A stretch of 46,400 nt of DNA, taken from positions 1 to 46,400 of the forward strand of contig JAKPIR010000244.1 in the NCBI GenBank assembly GCA_029549705.1. Direction: 5' to 3'. Each line of letters opens with the position of its first letter. The stretch's first letter is position 1. This document shows positions 21,877-33,264 of this stretch, piece after piece. Source of the DNA: Pseudomonadota bacterium (lineage in GTDB: Bacteria > Pseudomonadota > Gammaproteobacteria > Burkholderiales > Methylophilaceae). The notes under the pieces were generated by a model, which was not told the DNA's origin, searched no databases, and worked only from the letters and a program-made list of their open reading frames with translations. The translations under genes and the position numbers were made by a program.

Positions 21877-23247
21877 ATGAGTCAATTAAATATCATCATA
21901 CTTGCTGCCGGTAAAGGCACGCGTATGCATTCAAGCCTGCCAAAAGTACTGCATGAAGTTGGAGCAAAGCCAATATTAGGCCATGTGATTGACTGCGCTA
22001 AAGCACTTAGCCCAGATAAAGTGATTGTGGTATATGGCTTTGGTGGAGAAATCGTCAAGAATGCCTTTTCACAAGAAAATATTACCTGGGTGAATCAGGC
22101 GGAGCAGCTAGGAACGGGCCATGCGGTGCAGCAGGCGGTTCCATACCTAGAGGATAATGCCAAAACGCTTATTTTGTTAGGTGACGTGCCACTGGTAGAT
22201 GTTGAGTCATGCAAAAATTTGGTCGCACAATCTACTCATCAATTAGTGATTCAATCATTCAATAAAGCTGATCCAACAGGCTACGGTAGAATAGTCCGTT
22301 CACCTGATGGGCAAGTCAATGCAATCGTAGAACATAAAGATGCAACGGATGCGCAGCGCAACATACTAGAAGTAAACACGGGCATTATGGCGATGCCTAA
22401 CAAATATTTGAAAAAATGGCTGTCACGACTCACAAACAATAATGCTCAGGGTGAATACTATTTAACAGATATCGTATCGTTGGCAGTTGCAGAAGGTGTC
22501 TCAGTGAGCGCTGAAATCACCAAAGATGAGTGGTCAGTTACTGGCATAAATTCGAAATCTGATTTGGTGCAAATAGAGCGCGTTCATCAATCTAAAATTG
22601 CGCAAAATCTGTTAAACCTCGGCGTCACTCTTAAAGACGCATCAAGATTAGATGTTCGTGGCAATCTGACCTGTGGCCGTGATGTGGAAATTGATGTCAA
22701 CTGTGTGTTCGAAGGCAACGTAATATTAGGTGATTTTGTCAAAATAGCGGCTAATTGCGTCATTAAAAATGCTGTGATTGCAGATGGAACCAAGATTGCA
22801 GCATTTACGCACATTGATGATACCGAAATTGGCCAAAATAGCCGTATCGGGCCATTTGCACGATTGCGCCCAGGTACTACACTAGCAGCCGACACGCATA
22901 TTGGCAACTTTGTTGAGTTGAAAAATGCGCAAGTAGATATTGGTAGCAAAGTGAATCATTTGAGTTATATTGGTGACACAACAATAGGCAAGCATGTGAA
23001 TGTAGGTGCTGGCACAATTACATGTAATTATGATGGGGCTAATAAGTTTAGAACGGTCATTGAGGATGGCGCTTTTATCGGTTCAGATAGCCAATTAGTG
23101 GCACCTGTGACCATCGGTAAAAATGCGACGATTGCGGCTGGCTCAACCATCACGAAGGATGCGCCTGCAGATGCATTAACGTTATGCCGTGCAAGAGAAC
23201 AAAAATCGATTGTGGGCTGGCAACGGCCTGTTAAAATTAAAAAGTAA
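21877..23247 (+). CDS. glmU: Bifunctional UDP-GlcNAc pyrophosphorylase/glucosamine-1-phosphate acetyltransferase
   Basis: [19 protein letters not shown], hexapeptide repeats, CNYDGANK. Confidence 0.99.
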   Translation: MSQLNIIILAAGKGTRMHSSLPKVLHEVGAKPILGHVIDCAKALSPDKVIVVYGFGGEIVKNAFSQENITWVNQAEQLGTGHAVQQAVPYLEDNAKTLILLGDVPLVDVESCKNLVAQSTHQLVIQSFNKADPTGYGRIVRSPDGQVNAIVEHKDATDAQRNILEVNTGIMAMPNKYLKKWLSRLTNNNAQGEYYLTDIVSLAVAEGVSVSAEITKDEWSVTGINSKSDLVQIERVHQSKIAQNLLNLGVTLKDASRLDVRGNLTCGRDVEIDVNCVFEGNVILGDFVKIAANCVIKNAVIADGTKIAAFTHIDDTEIGQNSRIGPFARLRPGTTLAADTHIGNFVELKNAQVDIGSKVNHLSYIGDTTIGKHVNVGAGTITCNYDGANKFRTVIEDGAFIGSDSQLVAPVTIGKNATIAAGSTITKDAPADALTLCRAREQKSIVGWQRPVKIKK

Positions 23248-23261
23248 GAAAGCTTTCATCT

Positions 23262-25094
23262 ATGTGTGGAATAGTCGGCGCAGTTGCCAATAGAAACGTC
23301 GTTTCAACCCTAATAGAGGGTTTAAGCCGGTTGGAGTATCGCGGCTATGACTCTGCAGGCGTTGCTGTGTTAAGCAGTGGTGCAATAGAGCGCGTGCGCG
23401 CAGTGGGTCGTGTATCGAACATGACTGAAAAAGCCAATGCCGTACATTTAAGTGGTCAGGTCGGCATTGGCCATACGCGCTGGGCTACACACGGCGGCGT
23501 TACAGAAAGCAATGCACATCCGCATGTTTCAAAAGGTGAAATCGCGGTTGTCCATAACGGCATTATTGAAAACCATGATGAACAACGCACGCGTTTAAAG
23601 GCACTTGGGTACGACTTTACTTCGCAAACAGACACCGAAGTGATTGCTCACTTAATTCATTATTATCATGCGCAAGGTTTAAATTTGTTAACCGCAACAA
23701 AAAAGGCGGTAGCAGAACTCACCGGTGCATTTGCCATCAGCGTGATTTCAACCAAAGAGCCAGAACACATGGTGACCGCACGCTTAGGTTGCCCGCTTTT
23801 AATTGGCTTAGGGGAAGGTGAAAACTTTATTGCCTCTGATGTATCTGCGGTGCTGTCGGTGACGCGTAAAGTCATCTATCTTGAAGACGGTGATGTTGCA
23901 GATATTCGTCGGGATGGCGTTACAATTTTTGATAAACACGATGCCGAAGTTACCCGTAAAATTCATCTGAGTGACGTTTCACTTGCCAGCCTTGAACTTG
24001 GCCCTTATGCCCATTTCATGCAAAAAGAAATTCACGAGCAACCACGCGCCCTGACTGACACCATTGAGGCATTGATCGACGATAATAACTTCTCCCCCGC
24101 CCTATTTGGTGATAAAGGCGGTGAAGTGTTAAAGCAGGCAGACAGCATTTTAATTTTGGCCGCTGGCACCAGTTATTATGCAGCGCTTACTGCAAAATAT
24201 TGGCTGGAGAGCATTGCCAAAATACCAACCAATGTTGAAATTGCCTCTGAGTATCGTTATAGAGATTCTGTGCCAAATCCACGTCAATTGATTGTGACAA
24301 TTTCACAATCTGGCGAAACATTAGATACGATGGAAGCCTTGAAGCACGCAAAATCGTTAGGGCAACATTTAACTTTAGCTATTTGCAATGTGCAAGAAAG
24401 CGCCATTCCGCGAGCTTCAGCACTCGTATTCTACACGCGAGCAGGTGCAGAAATTGGCGTGGCTTCTACCAAGGCGTTTACAACGCAATTAGTTGCTTTG
24501 TTCACCTTAGCGGCAACGCTTGCAAAACTGCGCGGCTTGCTTAGTGAGGCATTAGAACAAGAGTTTTTGACCGCGCTGCGACAACTGGCTGGCAGCGTGC
24601 AACACGCACTTAATCTAGAACCGCAGATACGTGAATGGGCAAAACGCTTTGCTGATAAAGAACATGCATTATTTTTAGGCCGCGGTATTCATTACCCCAT
24701 TGCCTTAGAGGGCGCGCTTAAACTAAAAGAAATTTCTTATATTCATGCGGAAGCCTACCCTGCCGGTGAGTTAAAACATGGTCCGCTGGCCTTAGTAGAC
24801 AACAATATGCCCGTAGTCGTGATTGCGCCGAATGACGTTTTGCTCGAAAAAGTAAAATCGAACATGCAAGAGGTGAATGCACGCGGCGGTGAATTGTTTG
24901 TATTTGCTGATGCAGACAGCCACTTTACTGAATCGGAAGGTGTACACGTGATTCGTACACCGCGACATGTAGGCGTACTCTCGCCTATTCTGCATACCAT
25001 TCCAGTGCAAATGCTCGCCTATCATGCCGCTTTACTTAAAGGCACGGATGTTGATAAGCCAAGAAATTTGGCAAAAAGTGTGACCGTGGAATAG
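23262..25094 (+). CDS. glmS: Glutamine-fructose-6-phosphate aminotransferase
   Basis: [20 protein letters not shown] and C-terminal [11 protein letters not shown]. Confidence 0.99.
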   Translation: MCGIVGAVANRNVVSTLIEGLSRLEYRGYDSAGVAVLSSGAIERVRAVGRVSNMTEKANAVHLSGQVGIGHTRWATHGGVTESNAHPHVSKGEIAVVHNGIIENHDEQRTRLKALGYDFTSQTDTEVIAHLIHYYHAQGLNLLTATKKAVAELTGAFAISVISTKEPEHMVTARLGCPLLIGLGEGENFIASDVSAVLSVTRKVIYLEDGDVADIRRDGVTIFDKHDAEVTRKIHLSDVSLASLELGPYAHFMQKEIHEQPRALTDTIEALIDDNNFSPALFGDKGGEVLKQADSILILAAGTSYYAALTAKYWLESIAKIPTNVEIASEYRYRDSVPNPRQLIVTISQSGETLDTMEALKHAKSLGQHLTLAICNVQESAIPRASALVFYTRAGAEIGVASTKAFTTQLVALFTLAATLAKLRGLLSEALEQEFLTALRQLAGSVQHALNLEPQIREWAKRFADKEHALFLGRGIHYPIALEGALKLKEISYIHAEAYPAGELKHGPLALVDNNMPVVVIAPNDVLLEKVKSNMQEVNARGGELFVFADADSHFTESEGVHVIRTPRHVGVLSPILHTIPVQMLAYHAALLKGTDVDKPRNLAKSVTVE

Positions 25095-25194
25095 GCCCTA
25101 AAAAGCATTTAATCTTATTTTTAGAGCAACAACCTTTTTCGATGCCCTGGAGGCCTTTATTTACAAGGCTTCCAGGGCATAAATTTTTTCTCGG
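25095..25194 (+). repeat. Dispersed palindromic element, copy E2 (core 25142-25180)
   Basis: CAACAACCTTTTTCG ATGCCCTGGAGGCC-tttatttacaa-GGCTTCCAGGGCAT AAATTTTTTCTCGG. Confidence 0.85.
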
Positions 25195-25247
25195 AGCTCA
25201 GCAAGTGTTAAAAATGCAATTTTTGCGTATTTAAGTATCGCAAAAAC

Positions 25248-26498
25248 CTATCGAATTAGCCACCAACCCAGCCAGACAGCTGCCACTTGTATGACTAGGG
25301 CAGGCACCACTAAACGTGCATATCGGGTGCCGCCAGTTAACTGCGCAATCACGGCTTTAACCGCTGTGTTGACAGTAAATGCAACAAGAATGGGTACAAC
25401 TGCACTTTGAATGTTAATTTTTCCAGAGGCAATAAAAGAGGTCACTGAGATAACAGCAGCATGAACATCAGCCAAACCAGCGACGCCGGCCGCCACCACT
25501 AAGCCAGCTTGGCCAAACCAGGCGTTGAGTGCGGCAGCAGCAATCAAGATAATGGCTATAATTGCGGCAAAAAGCAGCGCAGTTTTTACACTAAACGTTT
25601 TGGTTGGCTTGTGTGCGTCTACGTGTGGGTCTTGATAGCAGTTGAAGGTAGCAACTAAGCCATAGATGGCAATAGATAAGCCGCCAAAAATTAAAGGCCA
25701 TTTTAAGGCTATCAGTGAGGGCGGATGGATGGCAAGTAACAACATGGCAATTTGCAAAATGGTTGCCAGGCTTGATAACACTGCTCCTGCAACTGTGGCA
25801 CTGAGCAAATGCGGAGATTCTTTGACACGCGCACCCATGGCGCTAATCGTTGCAATGCTTGAGATAAATCCTGAAAATAGGCCAACAAGTGGCAATCCTA
25901 CCCGTCCACCAAGCCAGCGCAGCGCTAGGTGGCCGAGAGCACTGATGGTCATGACGAAAATGACAATAAGCCAAAGGTTGCGCGGGTTAATGGCTTCAAA
26001 TGGGCCAACAAACGCATTTGGGACTAAGGGCAAGATAATGAGTGTGGCCGCCGCCAAAATAAGAAAGTCATTAAGCTCATCTTTAGTGACAGTGGCCAAT
26101 ACAAAACCATGCATCGGCTCTTTGGCAGAAAGAAGTATGGCAATGCTCACCGCCAATGCCGCTGCCAATATGGGTTCACTCATGGCCAGGCCACCAAGAA
26201 TCACAGAAAAAATTAAAGTAATTTCTGTCGTGAGCCCTGGGTCTTCCGTTCTTTTGGAGTAATAGGCCGTTGCGGCAAAAATCATCACGCAAATGATGGA
26301 CGCAATCAGTAGCCAAACATTAAACACGATACTGACTGCGCCCAATAATGTGGTAATGGTAAACGTTCTAATGCCGGCAGCTGAACGCTCTGGGCCGTTA
26401 CCTTTACTGCGCTCTCGCTCTGCCCCGATGAGCAGGCCTATACCTAAGGCCACCGCCAGATTAAGCCAAAGTGCGTTATCAATCGTCATTTGAATCAT
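25248..26498 (-). CDS. MgtC/SapB-family membrane protein with C-terminal DUF4010
   Basis: ALGIGLLIGAERE..AGIRTF..GLTTE N-terminal MgtC motif; INPRNLW, GFISSIAT and GLADVHA in a multi-TM C-terminal part. Confidence 0.88.
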   Translation of the reverse strand: MIQMTIDNALWLNLAVALGIGLLIGAERERSKGNGPERSAAGIRTFTITTLLGAVSIVFNVWLLIASIICVMIFAATAYYSKRTEDPGLTTEITLIFSVILGGLAMSEPILAAALAVSIAILLSAKEPMHGFVLATVTKDELNDFLILAAATLIILPLVPNAFVGPFEAINPRNLWLIVIFVMTISALGHLALRWLGGRVGLPLVGLFSGFISSIATISAMGARVKESPHLLSATVAGAVLSSLATILQIAMLLLAIHPPSLIALKWPLIFGGLSIAIYGLVATFNCYQDPHVDAHKPTKTFSVKTALLFAAIIAIILIAAAALNAWFGQAGLVVAAGVAGLADVHAAVISVTSFIASGKINIQSAVVPILVAFTVNTAVKAVIAQLTGGTRYARLVVPALVIQVAAVWLGWWLIR

Positions 26499-26530
26499 AT
26501 GAACGTTAAAAACTTGCGTATTGTTAAAGG

Positions 26531-27061
26531 TTATTTTAATTTGATGGGCGTAATATCAAAGCTGCCTGTTTCATGACCAACCAAAATTTGGCCATCTTGA
26601 ATAGTGCAGCTGATACTTAACCCTCGGTTAGCAATGTTGGTGAGTGCTGCGGTGTCTGGCAGGTTAATCACAGTTAGGTTATTCAATTTTTGCAATGCTT
26701 TGCTATTTTGCGCCCACCACATATCCACCACGCGGCCACCGTAAAGTACAACAGCCACTTGCGCAGATTTTCCACAAGCCTTGCGAATTTCACGTTCATC
26801 TGGCAAGCCGACATCCATCCAAAGCAGAATCGCCCCCGTGAGATCTTTTTGCCATAAATCTGGCTCTTCATCGTCACTTAATCCCTTGCCGAACGAAAGC
26901 GCTTCATTCGCATAAAGTGTAAAAGCGATGATACGCACCATCAGACGCTCATCGGTTTCAGAAGGGTGTCTGGCTAGCGTGAGGTTGTGTTGCGCATAGT
27001 AATTGCGGTCCATATCTGCAATTTGCAGGTCGATTTTGTAAATAGTAGATTTTATTGCCAT
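26531..27061 (-). CDS. yaeQ: YaeQ-family protein
   Basis: MAIKSTIYK..DMDRNYY..ARHPSETDERLMVR..GLSDDEEPDLW. Confidence 0.95.
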   Translation of the reverse strand: MAIKSTIYKIDLQIADMDRNYYAQHNLTLARHPSETDERLMVRIIAFTLYANEALSFGKGLSDDEEPDLWQKDLTGAILLWMDVGLPDEREIRKACGKSAQVAVVLYGGRVVDMWWAQNSKALQKLNNLTVINLPDTAALTNIANRGLSISCTIQDGQILVGHETGSFDITPIKLK

Positions 27062-27212
27062 AACAGTTTTGATGGCTTTCTTAGAAGGCTAAATAAATAC
27101 TTAGATTATACCTTTATCGCCATGCTGACGAATTAATCTAACGTGGTGTTGTTAACAAGGGGCAACGACTTTCTGTTAAGCTTTCATACTTTCAAACTAG
27201 CAAAGTATCATC

Positions 27213-28877
27213 ATGGCTCAATACGTAATGTCGATGCTCCGCGTGAGCAAAATCGTTCCACCTAAACGCACGATTATTAAAGATATTTCTTTGTCGTTTT
27301 TTCCAGGCGCTAAAATTGGCTTGCTCGGCTTAAACGGCTCAGGTAAATCTACCGTACTTCGCATTATGGCAGGGGTAGATAAAGAGTTTGAGGGTGAAGT
27401 GCAATGGCAGCCCGGTATTTCCATTGGTTATTTACCACAAGAACCACAGCTGGATGCCAATAAAACTGTGCGTGAAGAAGTAGAAAGCGGCATGGGCGAA
27501 GTCATGCAAGCGCAAGCGAATTTAGATGCCGTGTATGCCGCTTACGCAGAACCAGACGCAGATTTTGAAAAACTGGCTGAAGAACAGGCTAAGTGGGAAA
27601 ACATCATCGCCGCCAGCGGAGCTGACGTTGGTCACCAATTAGAAATTGCGGCCGATGCGCTACGATTACCACCTTGGGACGCGAAAATCGGCCCGCTTTC
27701 TGGTGGTGAAAAACGTCGTGTGGCTTTGTGTAAATTGTTACTTTCAAAGCCAGATATGCTGCTGTTAGATGAGCCGACCAACCATTTGGATGCAGAGTCA
27801 GTGGAGTGGCTGGAACAATTCTTGGTGCGCTTTCCTGGCACAGTGGTAGCGGTTACGCATGACCGCTATTTTCTTGACAACGCCGCTGAATGGATTTTAG
27901 AACTAGATCGTGGTCATGGTATTCCATGGAAAGGCAACTATTCAAGCTGGCTAGATCAAAAGCAAGCACGTTTGGCCATAGAGGAATCACAAGAATCATC
28001 ACGCCGCAAAGCGCTGAACACAGAATTAGAATGGGTAAGGCAAAATCCAAAAGCGCGGCAAGCTAAAAGTAAGGCACGTATCGCCCGCTATGAAGAACTC
28101 GCCAGTGCCGAATACCAAAAACGCAATGAAACGCAGGAAATTTTCATTCCTGCAGGTGAGCGTTTAGGAGATCAGGTAATTGAGTTTAAAAACGTTAGCA
28201 AGGCGTTTAAAGACCGTCTCCTGATTGATAATTTGAGCTTCAGTATTCCAGCGGGCGCAATTGTCGGCATTATCGGCCCGAATGGCGCGGGTAAATCGAC
28301 AATATTTAAGATGATTACAGGCTTGGAAAAACCCGATAACGGTGAAGTGAAGATTGGCCAAACCGTAAAACTCGCATATGTTGACCAAAGCCGAGACGAC
28401 CTGAACAGTGACAAAACCGTGTTTGATGAAATTGCCAATGGTTCCGACATTCTCACCGTTGGCCGTTACGAAACGCCAAGCCGCGCCTACATTGGCCGCT
28501 TCAACTTTAAGGGAGGTGATCAGCAAAAAATTGTCGGTCAACTGTCAGGCGGTGAGCGCGGCCGCTTGCACTTAGCCAAAACGCTTATTTCAGGCGGCAA
28601 TGTGTTGCTACTCGATGAACCATCAAACGACTTAGACGTAGAAACCCTACGTGCGCTTGAAGATGCGCTGCTCGAGTTTGCAGGCAGCGTGCTAGTGATT
28701 TCGCATGATCGCTGGTTTTTAGATCGAATCGCCACGCATATTCTCGCGGCGGAAGGTGATTCGCAATGGACCTTCTTTAACGGCAACTATCAGGAATATG
28801 AGGCGGATAAACGTAAACGTTTAGGTGAAGAAGGTGCTAAGCCGAAGAGAATCCGGTACAAACCGATTACGCGCTAA
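27213..28877 (+). CDS. ettA: Energy-dependent translational throttle protein EttA (ABC-F)
   Basis: MAQYV..ISLSFFPGAKIG, two ABC domains (GLNGSGKS, GPNGAGKS, LSGGE twice); 554 aa. Confidence 0.97.
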   Translation: MAQYVMSMLRVSKIVPPKRTIIKDISLSFFPGAKIGLLGLNGSGKSTVLRIMAGVDKEFEGEVQWQPGISIGYLPQEPQLDANKTVREEVESGMGEVMQAQANLDAVYAAYAEPDADFEKLAEEQAKWENIIAASGADVGHQLEIAADALRLPPWDAKIGPLSGGEKRRVALCKLLLSKPDMLLLDEPTNHLDAESVEWLEQFLVRFPGTVVAVTHDRYFLDNAAEWILELDRGHGIPWKGNYSSWLDQKQARLAIEESQESSRRKALNTELEWVRQNPKARQAKSKARIARYEELASAEYQKRNETQEIFIPAGERLGDQVIEFKNVSKAFKDRLLIDNLSFSIPAGAIVGIIGPNGAGKSTIFKMITGLEKPDNGEVKIGQTVKLAYVDQSRDDLNSDKTVFDEIANGSDILTVGRYETPSRAYIGRFNFKGGDQQKIVGQLSGGERGRLHLAKTLISGGNVLLLDEPSNDLDVETLRALEDALLEFAGSVLVISHDRWFLDRIATHILAAEGDSQWTFFNGNYQEYEADKRKRLGEEGAKPKRIRYKPITR

Positions 28878-28890
28878 AGTTTTTTCCAAA

Positions 28891-28917
28891 GGGTGTAGGT
28901 AGGAGCAGCCTACACCC
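28891..28917. repeat. GC-rich hairpin between convergent ettA and the BFD-like gene (REP-like or terminator)
   Basis: GGGTGTAGG-taggagcag-CCTACACCC with no adjacent downstream U-tract. Confidence 0.5.
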
Positions 28918-28926
28918 GCGCTAGTG

Positions 28927-29130
28927 TTATTTCTGTTGCAAAATGGCGAGTTCTTTAAGAAATTGCGCTATATCCCACTCGCAACCCGCGCAACCAGAAA
29001 TTGCGCCAGTCCTTCTAGAGATTGCGTCAATATCCAGACCTTCTTCAAACAGTTTTTGAATGTTGCCACGCGTGGTGCCACTGCACGGACACATCACTTC
29101 ATCGGATAAGTCGTCTTGTATAGAGCGCAT
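28927..29130 (-). CDS. BFD-like [2Fe-2S]-binding protein
   Basis: 67 aa with CxC (MCPCS) and TGA..GCxxC (GCAGC). Confidence 0.85.
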   Translation of the reverse strand: MRSIQDDLSDEVMCPCSGTTRGNIQKLFEEGLDIDAISRRTGAISGCAGCEWDIAQFLKELAILQQK

Positions 29131-29171
29131 TGCTAAGATACTTCCAAAAAATAGCGTGAATGATTCGCGCG

Positions 29172-29960
29172 TTAATGCTTTTCAATGACGCGTGATTTTT
29201 GAGGTGCATTTTTAACCAGTTTATCCCAAAGTGCTGGCGGTATCATGCGCATTAATTTTACTACAATACCCATTTGCCATGGAATCACACAAACGCGGCG
29301 TTTAGCGGCGACGTGATGGATGAATTTTTTTGCAAAGACATCCGCATCCATCAGAAATGGCATGCGAAATTGATTGGCATCAGTCATGGGTGTGCGGATA
29401 TAGCCTGGCAAAATGGTTGTCACAGCAATATTCTCATGCAGCATTTCTGCGTGCAGACTTTCTAAATAGTTGATGACGGCGGCTTTACTGGCGCTATATG
29501 CTCCAGCACCAGGTAAGCCGCGAATGCCTGCAACACTGGCTATCCCCACCAAATGACCATGCCCCACACCTTTCATGGCAGTGATAAAAGGTTGAAAAGT
29601 ATGCACCATGCCAAGCACATTGATTTCCATCATCGCTTGAAACGCGGCGTTATCTTCTTGATATTCTGTGAGCGTTCCGCGACTCACACCGGCGCAGGCA
29701 ATCACAAGGTCAGGTACGCCAAAGCGCTGTATAAAGTCCTTGGCTGCGGTATCCAGCGCATGACTTTCTTTAACATCAAGTGGATAAATCGCACACTGAA
29801 CATCGGGCACGGTCTGTAATTCATTTGCCAACTCGTGCAATACATCTTGTCGTCTAGCTGCCAGCCCAATCATTACCGAGCTTCCCGGGCTATTTTTTGC
29901 GTACGCGAGCGCTAATGCTTTACCAATTCCGCTTGATGCACCAGTGATAAATATTTTCAT
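29172..29960 (-). CDS. SDR-family oxidoreductase
   Basis: TGASSGIG NAD(P) motif, catalytic Ser, YSASK, PGYIRT. Confidence 0.93.
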   Translation of the reverse strand: MKIFITGASSGIGKALALAYAKNSPGSSVMIGLAARRQDVLHELANELQTVPDVQCAIYPLDVKESHALDTAAKDFIQRFGVPDLVIACAGVSRGTLTEYQEDNAAFQAMMEINVLGMVHTFQPFITAMKGVGHGHLVGIASVAGIRGLPGAGAYSASKAAVINYLESLHAEMLHENIAVTTILPGYIRTPMTDANQFRMPFLMDADVFAKKFIHHVAAKRRVCVIPWQMGIVVKLMRMIPPALWDKLVKNAPQKSRVIEKH

Positions 29961-29985
29961 GAGTAGCTAATGTCCTGATAGACGT

Positions 29986-30020
29986 AAAAAACCCGTTTCA
30001 CTATGAATAATAGAAACGGG
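29986..30020 (-). terminator. Intrinsic terminator downstream of dsbA
   Basis: Minus strand CCCGTTTC-(13 nt)-GAAACGGG-TTTTTT. Confidence 0.7.
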
Positions 30021-30124
30021 AATTGTGGAAATGAGCTAGCGAAAATCAGTTAGTGCGCTTAACGTTATGGATTACCAATTAAAAATCTTCTTCAAAAAAG
30101 AGGATAGCCAACTTGATTTTTCAA

Positions 30125-30778
30125 CTACTTTTTTGCAGGTGTGGCCGCCTTTGCTTTGTCTGCGCGAATGTTAGATACGATGTAGTCCGTCACTCTTAAA
30201 GCCTGCTCGTTACCGCCAACCATTGTGCTTGAGGTAATGTATTGACCGTCAATCACTAAACTTGGCACTCCCGTTGCGCCTGAGGCCTTAAAGGTTTGTG
30301 CAGCACGGTTAAGTTTGTTATTCATACTAAAGGACTTAAAATGTTCTTCTACCTTAATTCTGTCTAACCCGCTTTGTTTCGTAATCCAGTCAATGACTGC
30401 TTTTTCATCGGTTGGGTTAAGCACTTTTTGTTTATGCACAGCATCAAACAATGGTGTGTGCAATTTTTCAAGTAATTTTAATTCTTCCAAGGTATAAAAA
30501 GCTTTGGCCATAGGTGCCCAAGATGGGTTTGGCAATCCTGGGGTACGCTTGAATGTGACATCAGCAGGCAATTTTTTGGCCCATGCTTCAAGTACGGGAT
30601 CCATGTGGTAACAATGAATACAACCATACCAAAAGATTTCATTCACTTCGATTTTGGCAGGGTTTGCAGTAGGAATCACTTGCGCGGTCTTTTCAAAATC
30701 TTGGCCAATCTGCGGGTCAGCTGCCATTAAATTGAAAGAAGAGATTAACAAAAATGAAGCGAGTAGTTTTTTTAACAT
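30125..30778 (-). CDS. dsbA: Thiol:disulfide interchange protein DsbA
   Basis: Signal peptide, FWYGCIHCY CxxC and the cis-Pro GVP motif. Confidence 0.95.
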   Translation of the reverse strand: MLKKLLASFLLISSFNLMAADPQIGQDFEKTAQVIPTANPAKIEVNEIFWYGCIHCYHMDPVLEAWAKKLPADVTFKRTPGLPNPSWAPMAKAFYTLEELKLLEKLHTPLFDAVHKQKVLNPTDEKAVIDWITKQSGLDRIKVEEHFKSFSMNNKLNRAAQTFKASGATGVPSLVIDGQYITSSTMVGGNEQALRVTDYIVSNIRADKAKAATPAKK

Positions 30779-30877
30779 AAATAGTCCTTAAATTTATTTC
30801 TACTTTTTTAATGGTGTAAATCAGTCAAAACAAACACCTAACGTGTGACATGGTGTTTGGCTGACAAGTTCTGGCAA

Positions 30878-31498
30878 TTAACTTTCGCTATTAATTTTAA
30901 TGAGATCTGCATTAAAACCATTATTAAGTAAATCCGTCTTGGTTTTTGTGATTTGGTCTAAATCATTAAGCGGGCCCACGCGCACACGATGCCACACGCC
31001 TTTTTCAGGAATATCAGCAGTTTGAACAACGGCCTCAAAGCCCTGCAAAGCAAGTTTTGCTTTTAAATTATCAGCTTCTTCTTCAGTGTGAAAAGAACCT
31101 ACTTGCAGATAGTAAGTTTTTTTCGTGGCTGGCTGTTGATTGGCATTCAAGCTACTTTCAACTTCTTTGCTAATTTTATTTTCATCACTGGGTAAAATCG
31201 TGTAAAAATCATAGCTTGTTTCGTCACCATTTGCACTCGCCTCAGGCGCGCTATTGGCGCTGGGCGTGGTGTTTTTCTCTTGAGACTTCGCATCCTCAGC
31301 AATTTTGTCCGAGAGCGATTTAGCTGTCTGCTTATTCGTTTGAATCGCGAATGGGTTATCGTCTCTTTTGAGATAAACGACCACCGCGAGCGAAGCCGCA
31401 ATGCCCAGTAAAATACCTATTAACAGCCCAGTTAAAAATGGACTGCCCTTTTTGCTGCGTGTTTGCCTTTCGGCGCTCTGTTTGTAATCTTTACTCAT
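30878..31498 (-). CDS. SPOR-domain cell division protein (FtsN-like)
   Basis: Short basic N-terminus, one TM, YDFYTILP motif and C-terminal LQVGSF...WHRVRVGP; argS-SPOR-dsbA-SDR order. Confidence 0.9.
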   Translation of the reverse strand: MSKDYKQSAERQTRSKKGSPFLTGLLIGILLGIAASLAVVVYLKRDDNPFAIQTNKQTAKSLSDKIAEDAKSQEKNTTPSANSAPEASANGDETSYDFYTILPSDENKISKEVESSLNANQQPATKKTYYLQVGSFHTEEEADNLKAKLALQGFEAVVQTADIPEKGVWHRVRVGPLNDLDQITKTKTDLLNNGFNADLIKINSES

Positions 31499-31512
31499 GG
31501 CAGATAATGTCC

Positions 31513-33168
31513 TTACATTCGTTCTTTGGCAGTTACACCCAGTAAATCCAGTCCGTTTCTGAGCACTTGCTGTGTGGCACAGATTAAGCTTAAGCGCGCC
31601 ATTTTAACGGTTTCGTCATCAATTAAAAACTTATATTCGTTGTAATAACTATGTAAGTCGCTTGCTAAATCTTTTAAGTAATTAGCAATAACGTGTGGCG
31701 CAAGCTCATTTGCGGCATTCTCTACGGTTTCTGGATATGCGCTTAAACGCTGCAATAGCGCAGTTTCGTGTGGATTCTCGAGCGGAGAAAGATCAACATT
31801 CAATAATACGGATTTGTCACCATTCCATTGCGCCAATACACTGCAAATACGTGCATGGGCATATTGAATATAGAAAACAGGGTTGTCGTTGGTCTGCGCC
31901 CTAGCCAAATCGATGTCAAACACTAATTGTGAGTCAGCACGGCGTGCGGCCAAAAAGTAGCGTGTTGCATCGCAGCCAACTTCTTCAATTAAGTCGCGTA
32001 GCGTCACATAGCTCCCAGCACGTTTAGAAAGCTTTACTTCCTCTCCGCCGCGCATCACGGTGACCATTTGATGCAACACATAGTCTGGCCAACCTTTGGG
32101 AATGCCAATATTTAATGCCTGCAGGCCAGCGCGCACCCGGGTAATTGTGCTGTGGTGATCAGCGCCTTGCTCGTTAATAACCCGCACAAAACCTCGGTTC
32201 CATTTATCGGTATGATAGGCAATATCCGGTACAAAGTAAGTATAGCTACCATCTGTTTTACGCATGACGCGGTCTTTATCATCGCCAAAATCTGTGGTTT
32301 TGAGCCAAAGCGCGTCGTTTGCCTCATAAGTATGGCCACTGTTGATGAGTGCTTGAACGGTTTCTTTAACCTTGCCTGTTGTATACAGCGCGCTTTCTAG
32401 CGAAAACACATCAAATTTGATTTGAAACGCCTTTAAATCTAAATCTTGTTCATGACGCAAATAAGCAACACTAAAAGCGCGAATGGAGTCTAGGTCATTG
32501 ATATCCCCGCTGGCGGTCACTTCAATATCGTCGGCAATCACGGTGTGCTTGGTTAAAAATGCTGCTGCAATATCATTAATGTATTCACCACGATAGCCAT
32601 TCTCAGGAAAACTTTCGTGCTCAGTCGAGATTCCTTTGCATCTTGCCAGAACAGAGATTGTAAGGTTGTCAATTTGTGCGCCAGCATCGTTGTAATAAAA
32701 TTCGCGGGTCACATCCCAACCGTTTGCGTTTAATAATCTGGCTAAACAATCGCCAACTGCCGCACCGCGGCCGTGCCCAACATGCAATGGGCCGGTCGGG
32801 TTTGCTGACACAAACTCTACCTGGACTTTTTGCCCTTGACCATTTTGGTTGCGACCATAATGTTGCCCAGCTTGTAGGATATCTTTGACCACTTTTTGCT
32901 GAGACTGGCTGTTTAAAAAGAAGTTGATGAACCCAGCACCGGCAATCTCTGTTTTTGCAATGTAGTCACTGCTAGGCAAGGCCGCAATGAGCTGTGTGGC
33001 AATGGCACGAGGATTCAGCTTGAGTGGTTTAGCTAACACCAGCGCCAAATTTGTTGCAAAATCCCCGTGTTCAGCTGATTTTGGTCTTTCGAGTAGAATG
33101 TCCACCTGAAGTTCTGGGGCAATTGTTTTTGCGGCAATCGCCAGTAATTGGGTAAGATGTGTTTTCAC
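31513..33168 (-). CDS. argS: Arginine-tRNA ligase
   Basis: [17 protein letters not shown] (HIGH), [15 protein letters not shown]; GTG start. Confidence 0.99.
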   Translation of the reverse strand: MKTHLTQLLAIAAKTIAPELQVDILLERPKSAEHGDFATNLALVLAKPLKLNPRAIATQLIAALPSSDYIAKTEIAGAGFINFFLNSQSQQKVVKDILQAGQHYGRNQNGQGQKVQVEFVSANPTGPLHVGHGRGAAVGDCLARLLNANGWDVTREFYYNDAGAQIDNLTISVLARCKGISTEHESFPENGYRGEYINDIAAAFLTKHTVIADDIEVTASGDINDLDSIRAFSVAYLRHEQDLDLKAFQIKFDVFSLESALYTTGKVKETVQALINSGHTYEANDALWLKTTDFGDDKDRVMRKTDGSYTYFVPDIAYHTDKWNRGFVRVINEQGADHHSTITRVRAGLQALNIGIPKGWPDYVLHQMVTVMRGGEEVKLSKRAGSYVTLRDLIEEVGCDATRYFLAARRADSQLVFDIDLARAQTNDNPVFYIQYAHARICSVLAQWNGDKSVLLNVDLSPLENPHETALLQRLSAYPETVENAANELAPHVIANYLKDLASDLHSYYNEYKFLIDDETVKMARLSLICATQQVLRNGLDLLGVTAKERM

Positions 33169-33264
33169 AATAATTGCATGAAATGCTAAAAATGCTATTT
33201 TAACCTACTGTAGTTATTTTTTCTTGAAACAATTGTTGAATCAAACTTTATTAGAAATATCACT

